Shown here: positions 20,838 through 28,659 of the stretch, in pieces
Layout: the number at the start of each line of letters is the position of its first letter
Position numbering within the stretch: position 1 is the stretch's first letter
NCBI RefSeq assembly: GCF_001194135.2
Contig: NC_069005.1
Span: 20,442,887-20,476,362 of the forward strand
Direction of reading: 5' to 3'
Length of the DNA: 33,476 bases
From: Octopus bimaculoides
Taxonomy: Eukaryota
The notes under the pieces: model-generated
The model's database searches: none
What the model was told of the DNA's origin: nothing
The model's input: only the letters and a program-made list of their open reading frames with translations
Translations under genes and position numbers: made by a program

Positions 20838-23523
20838 GTTTAACGTCCACCTTCCATGCCGACATGGGTGGAACTGCTTTATTTGCATCATTTTAAATTA
20901 ATCATACAGTATCTCATAGCTTTGAGATTTTAATGATGTGACTTTATTTTTAGTATAACCATATAAGGTAGGTGTGAGAGTTCAGATCTGGCCAGTTTGA
21001 ATATAAGATAGGCAGAATATTTGGACCAGATATGGCCAACTGAAATGCTAAAAGGTTAATGTTTATTTAACATTGATAAAAAGGAAAGAAATGAATGTTG
21101 TTGATGGTTTGTTAGTGTAGATTGTTGTTTTGTGGTAATATTTATAAAGCTTGCTTTGGATCCATGTGGTTTTGGGTTCAGTCCCAATTCTCCTCTAAGC
21201 TACATGGAGACTTAACTTAGAGGAGAATTGGAAGTTCCTGTGGGACAAGCTACTGAGGGCTATAGACCAAACTTGTGGCTGGTGTATATGGTGATGGAAC
21301 AAGGAGGTAGACAATGCTATAAAAGAGACAGGCCTGGAAAGACTGGAAAAATGGTGGCAGCAGAGAATTATATTGGGTGGCCAGAAGGTAAGCTAGGTGT
21401 TTATATAGCAAAAGGAAAAGCAGAAATTAAGAGATTTGCCAATGTTCTACAGCGTGAGAATCAGAGACATGAGGTGTACTGGATAGCAAAGCAGAGTATC
21501 AAAGAGAATAAAGATGTGGTGGATGAGAAATGAGTGCAAATGGATAATGGTATGATTGCACTTAATGATTCAGAGACGAAAGATGCATGGAAGTGCAACT
21601 ATGAAAGGTCACTAAATGTGGAGATTGCATGGGAGAAGGAGAGTTTTACAATTGTGGACCCAATTGAGGGATCAGCCATCAGTCTACAGCAGTATGATAG
21701 ATAAGGTAATTAAGGATATGAAGACAGGGAAAGCCCCAGGACCATCGAGAATCAATGCTGAGATGCTTAAAAGTAGGATGCAGGTTAGTCACTAGTATAC
21801 TTAATCATGCTATTCAGGAAGGTGTCATCTCCAATGACTGTCATATATCAATGCTATCATGTAGATTAACATTTAGAAATTCAACAGATCATGCATTCTT
21901 CAGTTCCTAATTGTAACATAAGACTCCTTATTCTTGTATTGCTGAATATAAAAAGGCTCTGACATAACTGAAAATACCTTTGTTGGTGCAATGGTTCACC
22001 TCTGAAAAGCAAATCATTTCTGTTTTTGTTATTTATTTGTTTCTTCTACAGGTTGAGCTACAGCGTCAAGAACTTGAATCTGCACAGCAAATCGAGAAAC
22101 TACAATTAAATGAAGAGGAAGAAAATGACAAGTGGTACGATGCTGTTCTCCAAGAGGAAACTGAACGACGGAGGCAGAAAGGTTATGTTCCTCGAGTAAG
22201 TACAGTCCCTTCAACCACATATAGGCTGGAGCAGTGGATAGAACTTGTCTCTTCTTAATCCCTCTATCTTTTTTACACCCTCTGTCTTTTTACAATCTCT
22301 TCTTTTCCGTCGAGGGTTCCAGTTGATCCGATCAACGGAACAGCCTGCTTGTGAAATTAACGTGCAAGTGGCTGAGCACACCATAGACACATGTACCCTT
22401 AACGTACTTCTTGGGGATATTCAGCGTGACACAGTGTGACAAGGCTGACCCTTTGAAATACAGGTACAACAGAAACAGGAAGTAAGAGTGAGAGAAAGTT
22501 GTGGTGAAAGAGTACAGCAGGGTTCGTTACCATCCCCTGCTGGAGCCTCGCGGAGCTTTAGGTGTTTTCGCTCAATAAACACTCACAACGCCCGGTCTGG
22601 GAATCGAAACTGCGATCCTATGNNNNNNNNNNNNNNNNNNNNNNNNNNNNNNNNNNNNNNNNNNNNNNNNNNNNNNNNNNNNNNNNNNNNNNNNNNNNNN
22701 NNNNNNNNNNNNNNNNNNNNNNNNNNNNNNNNNNNNNNNNNNNNNNNNNNNNNNNNNNNNNNNNNNNNNNNNNNNNNNNNNNNNNNNNNNNNNNNNNNNN
22801 NNNNNNNNNNNNNNNNNNNNNNNNNNNNNNNNNNNNNNNNNNNNNNNNNNNNNNNNNNNNNNNNNNNNNNNNNNNNNNNNNNNNNNNNNNNNNNNNNNNN
22901 NNNNNNNNNNNNNNNNNNNNNNNNNNNNNNNNNNNNNNNNNNNNNNNNNNNNNNNNNNNNNNNNNNNNNNNNNNNNNNNNNNNNNNNNNNNNNNNNNNNN
23001 NNNNNNNNNNNNNNNNNNNNNNNGCTCGAAAATCCTACGGAAGCCAGTCAGGCGTTACTGGCAACGGCAACGGCCACGCTCAAAATGGTGCATCTTATGT
23101 GCCACCCGCACAAGAGCCAGTCCAGGGGCACTGGCAACGATCTTACTTGGCTTGCCTGGTCTTCTCATGCACAGCACATTTCCAAAGGTCTCGGTCAGTA
23201 GTCATCGCCTCGGTGAGGCCCAATGTACGAAGGTCTTGCCTCACCACCTTAGCCCAGGTCTTCCTGGGCCTACCTCTTCCACGGGTTCCCCAATAAAAAC
23301 CTCTTTGAACAGAATAAATGTTCTTCCTACTACCTTCATCACAACACTCTTCAGCAATTTGCTCTTCCCTTGCTGTTCTGCTATATTTATTTTATACAAG
23401 CACCTTCATCACCCCTAGCACCACAAACATATCTGACTAATATTCTTAGATTCTTGCTCACCTAAGTTTGATAATACATTGTTTATTTTTCAGAATTATG
23501 GTCGTCGAACTGCGTGGATGTGA
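1898..23523 (+). CDS. TCHP: Trichoplein keratin filament-binding protein (coiled-coil, TPH family), 3' part of gene with 10 coding exons; 5' exons outside the window
   Basis: Exons 1898-(gap), 4827-5000, 8014-8126, 11033-11099, 12428-12538, 14317-14378, 17152-17233, 20363-20548, 22052-22195 and 23494-23523 have AG/GT boundaries and compatible phases. The translation is E/K/Q/R-rich. It matches human trichoplein as I recall it: DAKWMKE vs DVAWMKQ, REAELDLLFEEEAARMWKKREKEW vs [38 protein letters not shown] vs GYRPKPYGHPKIAWN. Confidence 0.88.
2250..2400 (-). mobile_element. Possible mariner transposase C-terminal relic
   Basis: The frameshifted minus-strand translation ...QSWKH(D)KCIQS resembles mariner QQWKHRWEKCVES. 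The signal is weak. Confidence 0.3.
2504..2727 (+). mobile_element. piggyBac-like MITE, copy 1
   Basis: Ends are ttaa-ccatttagtattt and aatgctaaaggg-ttta. The body is shared with 12770, 20585 and 28430. TTAA plus CCC termini is the piggyBac signature. Confidence 0.72.
3555..3760 (+). mobile_element. tRNA-derived SINE family A, 3'-truncated at a (TA)n tract
   Basis: A-box tggcccagtgg and B-box ggtttcgattcc; highly similar to 5035-5240. Confidence 0.88.
3963..4376 (-). mobile_element. RTE LINE 3' end (ORF2 C-terminus, 3' UTR, (GAT)n tail)
   Basis: Minus-strand translation KCQALTVEGTCGSGRPRKT...VVKHDL, followed by the gtggttggcattaggaagggcatccag module and a GAT tail. Confidence 0.85.
4827..5000 (+). 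CDS. TCHP: TCHP exon b, 174 bp, QVEEKAKEEE...ELKRKEEE
   Basis: Acceptor ctacag, donor gtgagg, phase 0/0, coiled-coil composition. Confidence 0.92.
5035..5413 (+). mobile_element. Full-length tRNA-derived SINE family A
   Basis: Intact A and B boxes. Perfect 12-bp TSD agtcagagatgt at 5023-5034 and 5414-5425. Confidence 0.93.
5600..5791 (-). mobile_element. SINE family C fragment running into (CA)n and a gap
   Basis: ctgctaagttatggggacataaac...gttgtcaa is shared with 11480, 30280 and 31770. Confidence 0.7.
6344..6478. repeat. (CTTT)/(CCTT) compound microsatellite after a gap
   Basis: Directly visible. Confidence 0.95.
7075..7262 (-). mobile_element. tRNA-derived SINE with CORE-like motif
   Basis: The minus strand has the B-box gagttcaatacc followed by ttgtgtccttgagcaagacacttt. 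Its 3' tail is shared with family C. Confidence 0.65.
7735..7955 (+). mobile_element. tRNA-derived SINE family D (degraded copies also at about 7345-7530, 16670-16740, 17895-18110 and 20070-20135)
   Basis: B-box-like ttcaaattc, central gtcgactttgcctttcatcc...ggggtcgataaaa and 3' gccttgcaccaaaatttgaaa recur in several copies. Confidence 0.75.
8014..8126 (+). CDS. TCHP: TCHP exon c, 113 bp, AAELQEQQAK...KRDF(G)
   Basis: Acceptor gtttcag, donor gtgagt, phase 0/2. Confidence 0.9.
8768..8965 (-). mobile_element. RTE-type 3' UTR/tail fragment
   Basis: catcatttaacgtcc...ccatgctggcatgggttggatgg module. Confidence 0.8.
8980..9577. repeat. Minisatellite: 8 copies of a ~40-bp core separated by variable (ATGC)/(CA)-type spacers
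   Basis: Core GCTAACCTTCCTGTGATTCAACTACACCTCTTATGTTTCC starts at about 8980, 9058, 9108, 9175 (deleted), 9226, 9336, 9458 and 9542. Confidence 0.88.
9575..10051 (+). mobile_element. RTE LINE 3' end, running into a gap
   Basis: STLREKLNLRSI...RRLCWYGQVVRMDE...GRGRSRKTWDEVVKHDL. The 3' UTR has a 32-bp direct repeat at 9923 and 10020. Confidence 0.88.
11033..11099 (+). CDS. TCHP: TCHP exon d, 67 bp, (G)RVLLRQHKTQMQCQARKVQQEL
   Basis: Acceptor ctttttcag, donor gtaaga, phase 2/0 completing the GGA codon. Confidence 0.9.
11140..11550. mobile_element. Two SINE family C 3' halves tail-to-tail (+ then -), forming a ~200-bp-arm inverted repeat
   Basis: 11140-11345 aligns to the reverse complement of 11352-11550, for example gacttagcagttcagcaaaa and aaattcttcaaggtggtgc. 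Confidence 0.85.
11562..11920 (-). mobile_element. RTE-tailed element (CT-rich 3' UTR type) with expanded (GAT)n tail
   Basis: Same terminal module as other RTE ends. The body motif ctatag(c/t)aagaca is shared with about 18580 and about 26605. Confidence 0.72.
11930..12146. repeat. 39-bp purine-rich VNTR, at least 5-6 near-identical units, interrupted by a gap
   Basis: Unit agacaggagaggaaggagagagtagagagaaagatagat. gacag starts at 11931, 11970, 12009, 12065, 12104 and 12143. Confidence 0.93.
12180..12415 (-). mobile_element. Possible degraded Penelope-like element fragment
   Basis: CT-rich minus strand. TTSLSQSLQYL loosely resembles the PLE IPYSQFLRL motif as I recall it. Confidence 0.3.
12428..12538 (+). 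CDS. TCHP: TCHP exon e, 111 bp, EEDWKLLSML...DAKWMKE
   Basis: Acceptor tttttaacag, donor gtaagt, phase 0/0. Confidence 0.9.
12598..13245 (+). repeat. Three partial copies of an unclassified interspersed repeat around MITE copy 2
   Basis: Recurrent (c)cctagg..(g/a)ctctgatc and gct(g)(c/t)tatttctagca(g/a)gtt(g/a)a motifs at about 12600, 12972 and 13150. Confidence 0.45.
12770..12972 (+). mobile_element. piggyBac-like MITE, copy 2
   Basis: tcaa-ccccttagcatt...cactaaaggg-ttaa. Confidence 0.75.
13294..13535 (+). mobile_element. tRNA-derived SINE family C (5' part, CORE-like)
   Basis: B-box ggttcagtcc, then tggcaccttgggcaa, then internal (TG)-rich tract. Confidence 0.82.
13868..14030 (-). mobile_element. 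RTE-type 3' UTR/tail fragment
   Basis: Same module as 3963-4140. Confidence 0.78.
14317..14378 (+). CDS. TCHP: TCHP exon f, 62 bp, VVEEQLKVEKQREAELDLLF(E)
   Basis: Acceptor ttcttctttcag, donor gtaagt, phase 0/2. Confidence 0.9.
14497..14948 (-). mobile_element. Internally deleted Tc1/mariner-superfamily element with ~85-bp TIRs and TA TSD
   Basis: TA-cagggtgtttgggctaaatttgtcagtttgc... matches the reverse complement of the right end ...caaactgtcaaatttaacctaaataccctg-TA. The interior encodes DTNHSPCNTMAKLVDKIKEVFEDF...FQSHLEA, a transposase C-terminus. Confidence 0.82.
15060..16400 (+). mobile_element. Degraded RTE LINE ORF2 (reverse transcriptase to C-terminus)
   Basis: YRSIKLLDQVM, LAFINLEKTFDRVPR, GCPWELLYDDDL and FCYL...IRVGWRKF, with stops and frameshifts. 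Confidence 0.92.
17152..17233 (+). CDS. TCHP: TCHP exon g, 82 bp, (E)EEAARMWKKREKEW...NLMIE
   Basis: The weak acceptor attaattgaag is the only nearby AG that keeps the frame. Donor gtaaat, phase 2/0. Confidence 0.87.
17380..17592 (+). mobile_element. 3' end of a second RTE-like LINE family
   Basis: HPELEASKLVLWNPLHGDVRRGKHHTYIDNLISDSGL...LDREVW, followed by an (ATA)n-like tail. Confidence 0.65.
18211..18620 (-). mobile_element. RTE-tailed element(s) with a duplicated terminal module
   Basis: gctggatgcccttcc...ccaaccac occurs at about 18300 and again at about 18405. Confidence 0.7.
18866..19459. mobile_element. Non-autonomous DNA transposon (MITE) with ~95-bp TIRs, carrying a nested SINE D at about 19115-19325
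   Basis: cattagcatgaaggggactttgggacacccag...gactaatgaatctaacaa (18868-18960) matches the reverse complement of 19365-19457. Confidence 0.78.
19565..20055 (-). mobile_element. SINE family D split by a solo LTR
   Basis: The 3' end lies at 19565-19610 and the remainder at 19898-20055; the two parts are colinear with the 7735 copy. Confidence 0.78.
19611..19897. mobile_element. Solo LTR, 287 bp
   Basis: TG...CA termini with an imperfect terminal inverted repeat (tgtgatgtatg / cataccaca). Perfect 5-bp TSD GAGGT at 19606-19610 and 19898-19902. About 20 CpGs retained. Confidence 0.85.
20363..20548 (+). CDS. TCHP: TCHP exon h, 186 bp, VLKTRQKQ...KTLDDQ
   Basis: Acceptor ttaattag, donor gtgagg, phase 0/0. 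Confidence 0.9.
20585..21059 (-). mobile_element. piggyBac-like MITE, copy 3, interrupted by an RTE tail insertion (20633-20873)
   Basis: ttaa-cccttttagcatt...aatgctaaaagg-ttaa. The insert is flanked by ctgcttcttt and ctgctttattt. Confidence 0.8.
20633..20837. repeat. Compound (CATCGT)n/(CAT)n/(CAC)n microsatellite, an expanded retroelement tail
   Basis: It abuts gtttaacgtccaccttccatgcc, the extreme RTE 3' end on the minus strand. Confidence 0.92.
21190..21840 (+). mobile_element. Degraded RTE LINE ORF2 (linker upstream of the RT domain)
   Basis: KRFANVLQRENQRHEVYWIAKQ, AWKCNYERSLNVE and MKTGKAPGPS..AEMLK. Confidence 0.8.
22052..22195 (+). CDS. TCHP: TCHP exon i, 144 bp, VELQRQE...KGYVPR
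   Basis: Acceptor ttcttctacag, donor gtaagt, phase 0/0. Confidence 0.92.
22300..22622 (-). mobile_element. SINE family A (5' end in gap)
   Basis: Reverse complement of about 5080-5400. Confidence 0.9.
23024..23290 (-). mobile_element. Young RTE LINE 3' end
   Basis: Uninterrupted GTRGRGRPRKTWAKVVRQDLRTLGLTEAMTTDRDLWKCAVHEKTRQAK*, with CpGs retained. Confidence 0.9.
23494..23523 (+). CDS. TCHP: TCHP terminal coding exon, NYGRRTAWM*
   Basis: Acceptor tatttttcag. The short AW-containing C-terminus resembles the recalled human PYGHPKIAWN. Confidence 0.85.
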   Translation, partial: NYGRRTAWM

Positions 23524-23849
23524 TCCCTGTTGTGGGTGATTGTGATGCTGTTGTCACCATTAAGTTGTGATGGCTGATGTTGCTGTACTTCATGGATGTG
23601 ATGGCTGCTGTGGCTGTGGTGATTCCTCTTCAATACCCTCATCTCCAAATTAATACAACGATGAAAACAACTGCAACTACTGTCACTGTCTGCGTATTGT
23701 GTTAATGCTACATGTCTGCAGATGTTGACAACCTCTGAAGAAGAAAATTTTGTATATTTATGTGTACATTAGTACATACATGTGTGTATATATGTGTGTA
23801 TATGTAAGTGTGTTCATGTGTATGTGTAATCTTTGGTATGAATACAAAG

Positions 23850-24020
23850 CATTGTTATGTGGTTAAGACGATTGTCTTGCATGTGATTCCAAGGTTTGAT
23901 CCCACTGTTTGGTACATTTAGTAATTTTTTTATAATCACAGCCTTTAGTGAAATCACAGACATATGAGTGAAATTTGGCAAATGAAAACTATGTGGAAGC
24001 TCTTTATGTGTATGTGTGTG
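23850..24020 (+). mobile_element. Degraded SINE family C 5' part
   Basis: Head ...gtggttaag...ggtttgatcccactg and gtgaaatttggcaaatgaaactatgtggaagc. Confidence 0.55.
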
Positions 24021-24085
24021 TGAAAGAGATTGTGAGTATGTGAGTTTGTAAAAAGATGTATGTATATGCTTTTGTACTAATATAC

Positions 24086-24118
<33 letters not shown>

Positions 24119-24356
24119 CGTGTGTGTGTTTGTATATGTACATGCATGTGTGTGTTTATTTTATGTCCATTTTTGGAGCTGGCATAGGTTGGATAGGTCT
24201 GTATATTTGAAGCAGTTTTTTGTAGTTTTTTTGTAGATGCTCTTCCAGTCAAATCTTTTCTTGTTTTTTAATTCCACTACTTTGAGAGTGCAGAGGGAGG
24301 GAAACTCAACGATACCGTATTTTGTATTTATAACATATGTATATACAAACACACAT

Positions 24357-26262
24357 ACATCATCATCATCATCATCATCATCATTTAACGTCCTTTTTCC
24401 AATCTGGTATGGGTTGGATGATTTGACAGGATCTGATGTGTCCAAGGACTGCATTGTGCTGCAATGTCTGTTTTGGCATGGTTTCTATGGTTGGGTGCTG
24501 TTCCTAATGCCAACCACTTTACAGCCTGGACTGGGTGCTTTTTTCATGTCACCTTACTACTGAGGTCACTATGTAACTCACAGAACTACAAGCCCTGGGG
24601 TGGGGTGGGGTAGATGTCAGCTTCATGCTAGTGGATGAGGGATTGAACTCTGAGAAGTGGGGTGGAGCAGTGTAGGTTCTTGTGTGGAGGATCTGAATTG
24701 CTACTAACATCTTGTAGGGGAAGGGGAGAGAAAGAGAAAATGAAGAATAGGGACTGCAAGGGATAATGACGATGTTGTGCCTAGATGACATCACAAGGCA
24801 CAAGGTGAGTTGAAGAATCAGTTTTGCAAGATTGTATGGCAAGGAGAATGACGGGACAGGAGGGGGAGAAAAACTCCCAAAATGGGTAGAGTTGAAGGGT
24901 GGATGAGAAAGGAGCCATGAATTGGGGGAAATAAGGGGATGTAGAAGAGAGAAGGGTGGCAGGCTGCAGTAGTAGTAAGGATAACACAGTTGTCAGTAGG
25001 GGTAACAAGAGAGAAGAATGACATGGCTTAGTAGTCTGCAGGAGCCGAGAGGCAGGCTAATGCAGGGTGGGGGAGTTACTATATTGTGAGTAGAGAGCAC
25101 AATACAAAGCACTTCCAGAACTCGGTTTTTCTGGCAGGTGTGGGTCTTTTCAAGAATCTCATATTGCCAGAGATCCTGGTCCTTTGTCTTCTCTTCCATT
25201 AAACTCAGGGTTTGAGGTCAGCCTTAACCATTTAATCTCATGTCTATCTGGGTCTCCCTATTTTGCTAGTTCCATCCACATTTATTGATTAGCACTTGTT
25301 TATCCAGCTGTCCTCATCCATATGCATCACATGTCCACACCAGCAGTTTTCTTTCTTGCACACAACAACTGATTCCTCTGATACCCAGATTTTTGTGTAT
25401 ATATATATATATAAATCTTTTGTACTTATTCTTTCATGTCCATTCATGTTGCACATCTAGTGGGACATGCTTGCTTCATTTCTTTCCTATCTTGTTAGGT
25501 CTTCTGCATTCTCACTACCATGCAGAATTGCAATTCTGACACAAGCACCATACAGTCTGGACTTCACTCTTAGGGAAAAGATCTTTGTTTTAGCAATGGT
25601 AGTAAATCCCTGAACTTTCTCCAACCTCTTCTCACTCTAGTTACTATACTTTCACAGAAACCACCTCCCCTCTTAGGTAACAAAAGCTGTCAACTACTTC
25701 TAGTAAACATTTAAGAGACTCAATTTCTTGTGTGCTTGTATAAATTCTCCCATGCATCTACAGCATATGATGCTTACATTTTCAAATAGTCTACCAGTTA
25801 TTCTACTACATCTCTTGTATGTCTATAGCTTACTTTGAGTACAACATATGAAGATTATACTGACTACTTTTCTGCATAGGGAGCAAGACCATTTCCCTGA
25901 TAGTACCAGGGTTTTGTGTTCTTTTTCCTATTTACTAAACTCTTCATCTTTGCTGGGTTTACCTTAAGGTCTCTCAATTCCAGGTGTAGCTTCCATGCCT
26001 GGAATTTCTTCTCTAATTCCCCCTCTGGATTCAGTTATGAAAACTAGATCATCAGCATATAAGAGTTCCCATGGACAGCCAGTCTTGAACTCCATTGTGA
26101 TGGCTTGTAAGACTATGATGAATTGGAGAGGAATGAGGACTGAACCTTGATGTACTCCTAACTATATACTAAATTCATCACTGAAGTCATTGCCAACTCT
26201 CATTTACTGCATAGCTTGAACAACCCACACAAGCCATTCATCTATTCCTTGTTTTTTCAGTT
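24357..26262 (-). mobile_element. RTE LINE: RT and C-terminus (about 26262-25115), long CT-rich 3' region and (GAT)n tail
   Basis: GVHQGS, FIIVLQAITMEFKTGCPWELLYADDL and DLWQYEILEKTH are present. The terminal module lies at 24357-24570. Whether the CT-rich part belongs to the same element is inferred. Confidence 0.82.
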
Positions 26263-26875
26263 GAATGGTGATGTGCTGTGCTTGAGAAGACCTGTCCATC
26301 TCAGCAGAATTGAGGTGTTGTCAATCCCTCCTCCATGACTCATCTTCTGACTCACCCTCTTCTGTTAATTTATGTTAACCTATATTTTTCACTTCCCCCT
26401 ACACTGAATTGGTATCCTCTGTGTCCAACTCATTTCCTCCCTCTAATCACCTGTCACACTATTTTCACTCAGTGCATTTACTCACACATCCACCTTTTCC
26501 CCACTCTTCTACCTGATTGTCACATATTCACATTGTACCTGGACTTCACATCTCTTTCTTCCTTTCTCTCATTTTCCAGGTGGATAAGCCATGTATTCAC
26601 TTCTTCAGCAAGACACCTGCTCCTCTCACTCTATCGTAGTTTCTTATTCCTCTCGGCTATACCCCTCTCAGTTCAGGGGTTTTGTCTTGTGAGTACTTGA
26701 CGACCTCATTGGTGCTGGTGCCACATAAAAACCATCGAGTACACTGTTAAGTGGTTGGCATTAAGAAGGGCATCCATCTGTAGAGACCATGTCAATGCAG
26801 ACATAGAACCTGGTGGAGCCCTCTTGTCAAACCGTCCAACCAATGCCAGCATCGAAATGATCATCATGATGGTGA
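26262..26875 (+). mobile_element. RTE LINE 3' end with CT-rich 3' UTR, head-to-head with the previous element
   Basis: W*CAVLEKTCPSQQN* at about 26265-26310, then CT-rich sequence, then the gtggttggcattaagaagggcatcc module and an (ATG) tail. Confidence 0.72.
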
Positions 26876-26979
26876 TATATATAAATTGTTACTAATCCAA
26901 GCTAATCCAAAGTAGTAGTATAGAAGAAATAAGTAAAGTTGAAAATAGACAGAAAATATCTGCTTTATTTAAATTTTTA

Positions 26980-27157
26980 AATAAGAAAATGAGATGACAA
27001 ATGACTAAAATGATTATCTTATGAACTTCATTAGCTTACAGGTGTTTTTACTATAAGATGCAATGGACTCATATTTGAGTGCCTGAGTAACATCTTATAG
27101 CTTCATCAGAAGTTCATAAGATAATCATTTATTCTTTTGTCATCTCATTTTCTTATT
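26980..27157 (-). other. Foldback element with a degenerate type I hammerhead-ribozyme-like core
   Basis: ~50-bp terminal arms (2 mismatches, 1 indel). On the minus strand: CUGAUGA at 27109-27103, an 11-bp stem II, aaaac in place of GAAAC, then acacctgt and a GUA triplet. Confidence 0.5.
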
Positions 27158-27254
27158 ACTGCTCTGTACTCGACTAAAGCTTCCAATGTATATTGAGTTC
27201 TACACCAGATTATTAGTATCGCAATACCTAAGTGAAATATTAAAATTTTAAATA

Positions 27255-27316
<62 letters not shown>

Positions 27317-27444
27317 ATGTGGCAGCCATGCAGGAAGGTCACCTCAAAGATTTTGTCCAGTGAATAATATCTACAAAAGGTGAACGTAGGATCTTATACA
27401 AGAAATAGCTGTCTTTGATTAAAGACATTCTTTATTATTTCTTC

Positions 27445-27539
27445 TCTCTCCAGTGACAGAATAGTCAGCTTACATAGAAATCCTTACTCAATAGTAGACA
27501 CTCCACATGCATAGCTATTCTAGAAACAGCTGTAAGGGA
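27445..27539 (+). other. Degenerate hammerhead-like fold
   Basis: Stem I tctct/aggga, core ccagtga (3 transitions from ctgatga), stem II agaatag/ctattct, GAAAC, palindrome acagctgt and a GUA triplet. Confidence 0.4.
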
Positions 27540-27634
27540 CTTTAACTACTCTGCACTATGCTTAAATTATAAATTAAATGCTCTAAAATGATACCACAAG
27601 TTTTCCTTGTTTATGTCTTTTTCTTATATATATT

Positions 27635-28070
27635 TATGGAGAGCTGATTGTTCAGAAAGAATAGTTACCATATTAGGAAAGGTTTGGAAAATGTTCAGGG
27701 AGCTATTACTTCTGCTGGCAACATATGTCCACTCCTTCAGTCTGAAGGGTAGATTGTGCATGATGCTTATGTTAAAACTGTTATGTTGCAAGGTGGTGAG
27801 ACCTGGACCAAGCATGCTGTGATAAATGTGTAATGTTAATATGCATGAACACCAGACTACAAATGAGCTGAGAAAAAAAAGAAAACCCCCATATATGTGA
27901 AGAATAAGGTGTAGTGTATTTGAGAGGGGAGGCTGCAGTGGTATCAGCATGTGATTTGTATGGAGGATGACTGGTGTATAAAGGAGTGCTGAGCACTCCA
28001 TGTGAGTGGAACCTTTGGAAGTGAAGATTGATCTAAAGGTGCTGCATCTCACTGGAGAAACGACAAAGGA
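27635..28070 (+). mobile_element. Highly degraded RTE ORF2 C-terminal fragments
   Basis: CSERIVTILGKVWKMFRELLLLLAT...LKGRL and WYQHVICMEDDWCIK. Confidence 0.7.
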
Positions 28071-28429
28071 ACATACTGATTGGTGATATGCAGTACTGCA
28101 GAAAACCCCACCTGTCAATGTTCCCACAACAATGAGAGTAGGGTTCAACTAGTATTTACTCAATTATCTAAAATACTATACAGCAAATCAATCGTAAATG
28201 TTTATTATATAAAACTAACATTTAAACACATTATTATCAAAGATTAATTTTATCAACAAAACTAAATAAACCAAATATAATAACACATACTAATATTTAA
28301 TTATTAATACAATTAAAACAACATTTTGTTTATTAAACGACTATAATATTAACAAGTATTGTTAAATAAACAAGTATATAATTTATATATCTATACTCAA
28401 AATCTTATAATTATATATGACAATTAAGC

Positions 28430-28647
28430 CACTTATTTATGATATTTGGCATTGTAATGCTTATTTAGTCATGTTGCTTTGAATTAATCATGTATCATAT
28501 TGTAGCTTTGAAGTTTCAATGATGTGATTGTTTATTGTTAAGATGACATTGTAGGGTAGGTATGAGAGGCCAGATCTCACTGGTTTGAACATAAAACAGG
28601 TACAATAGTTGAGCCAGTTATGACTGGTTTAAATGCTAAAGAGTTAA
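28430..28647 (-). mobile_element. piggyBac-like MITE, copy 4 (one end decayed)
   Basis: Ends in aaatgctaaagag-ttaa; the body matches the other copies. Confidence 0.7.
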
Positions 28648-28659
28648 AGACTGAGATAC

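Larger units (their letters stand above)
1947..23023. other. Assembly gaps (N runs)
   Basis: 1947-1974, 5792-6343, 10052-10764, 12028-12037 and 22623-23023. All but the first sit next to repeats. Confidence 0.99.

Noticed and set aside
20387-20896. 169-aa ORF extending exon h into poly-HR/poly-His
   Set aside because: A GT donor sits at 20549, and (CAT/CAC/CGT) repeats have no stops in any + frame, so the read-through is expected by chance.
15060-21840. RTE fragments at 21190-21840 and 15060-16400 as halves of one rearranged element
   Set aside because: They overlap by about 55 bp of consensus, but the overlap differs at many positions, which fits independent copies.
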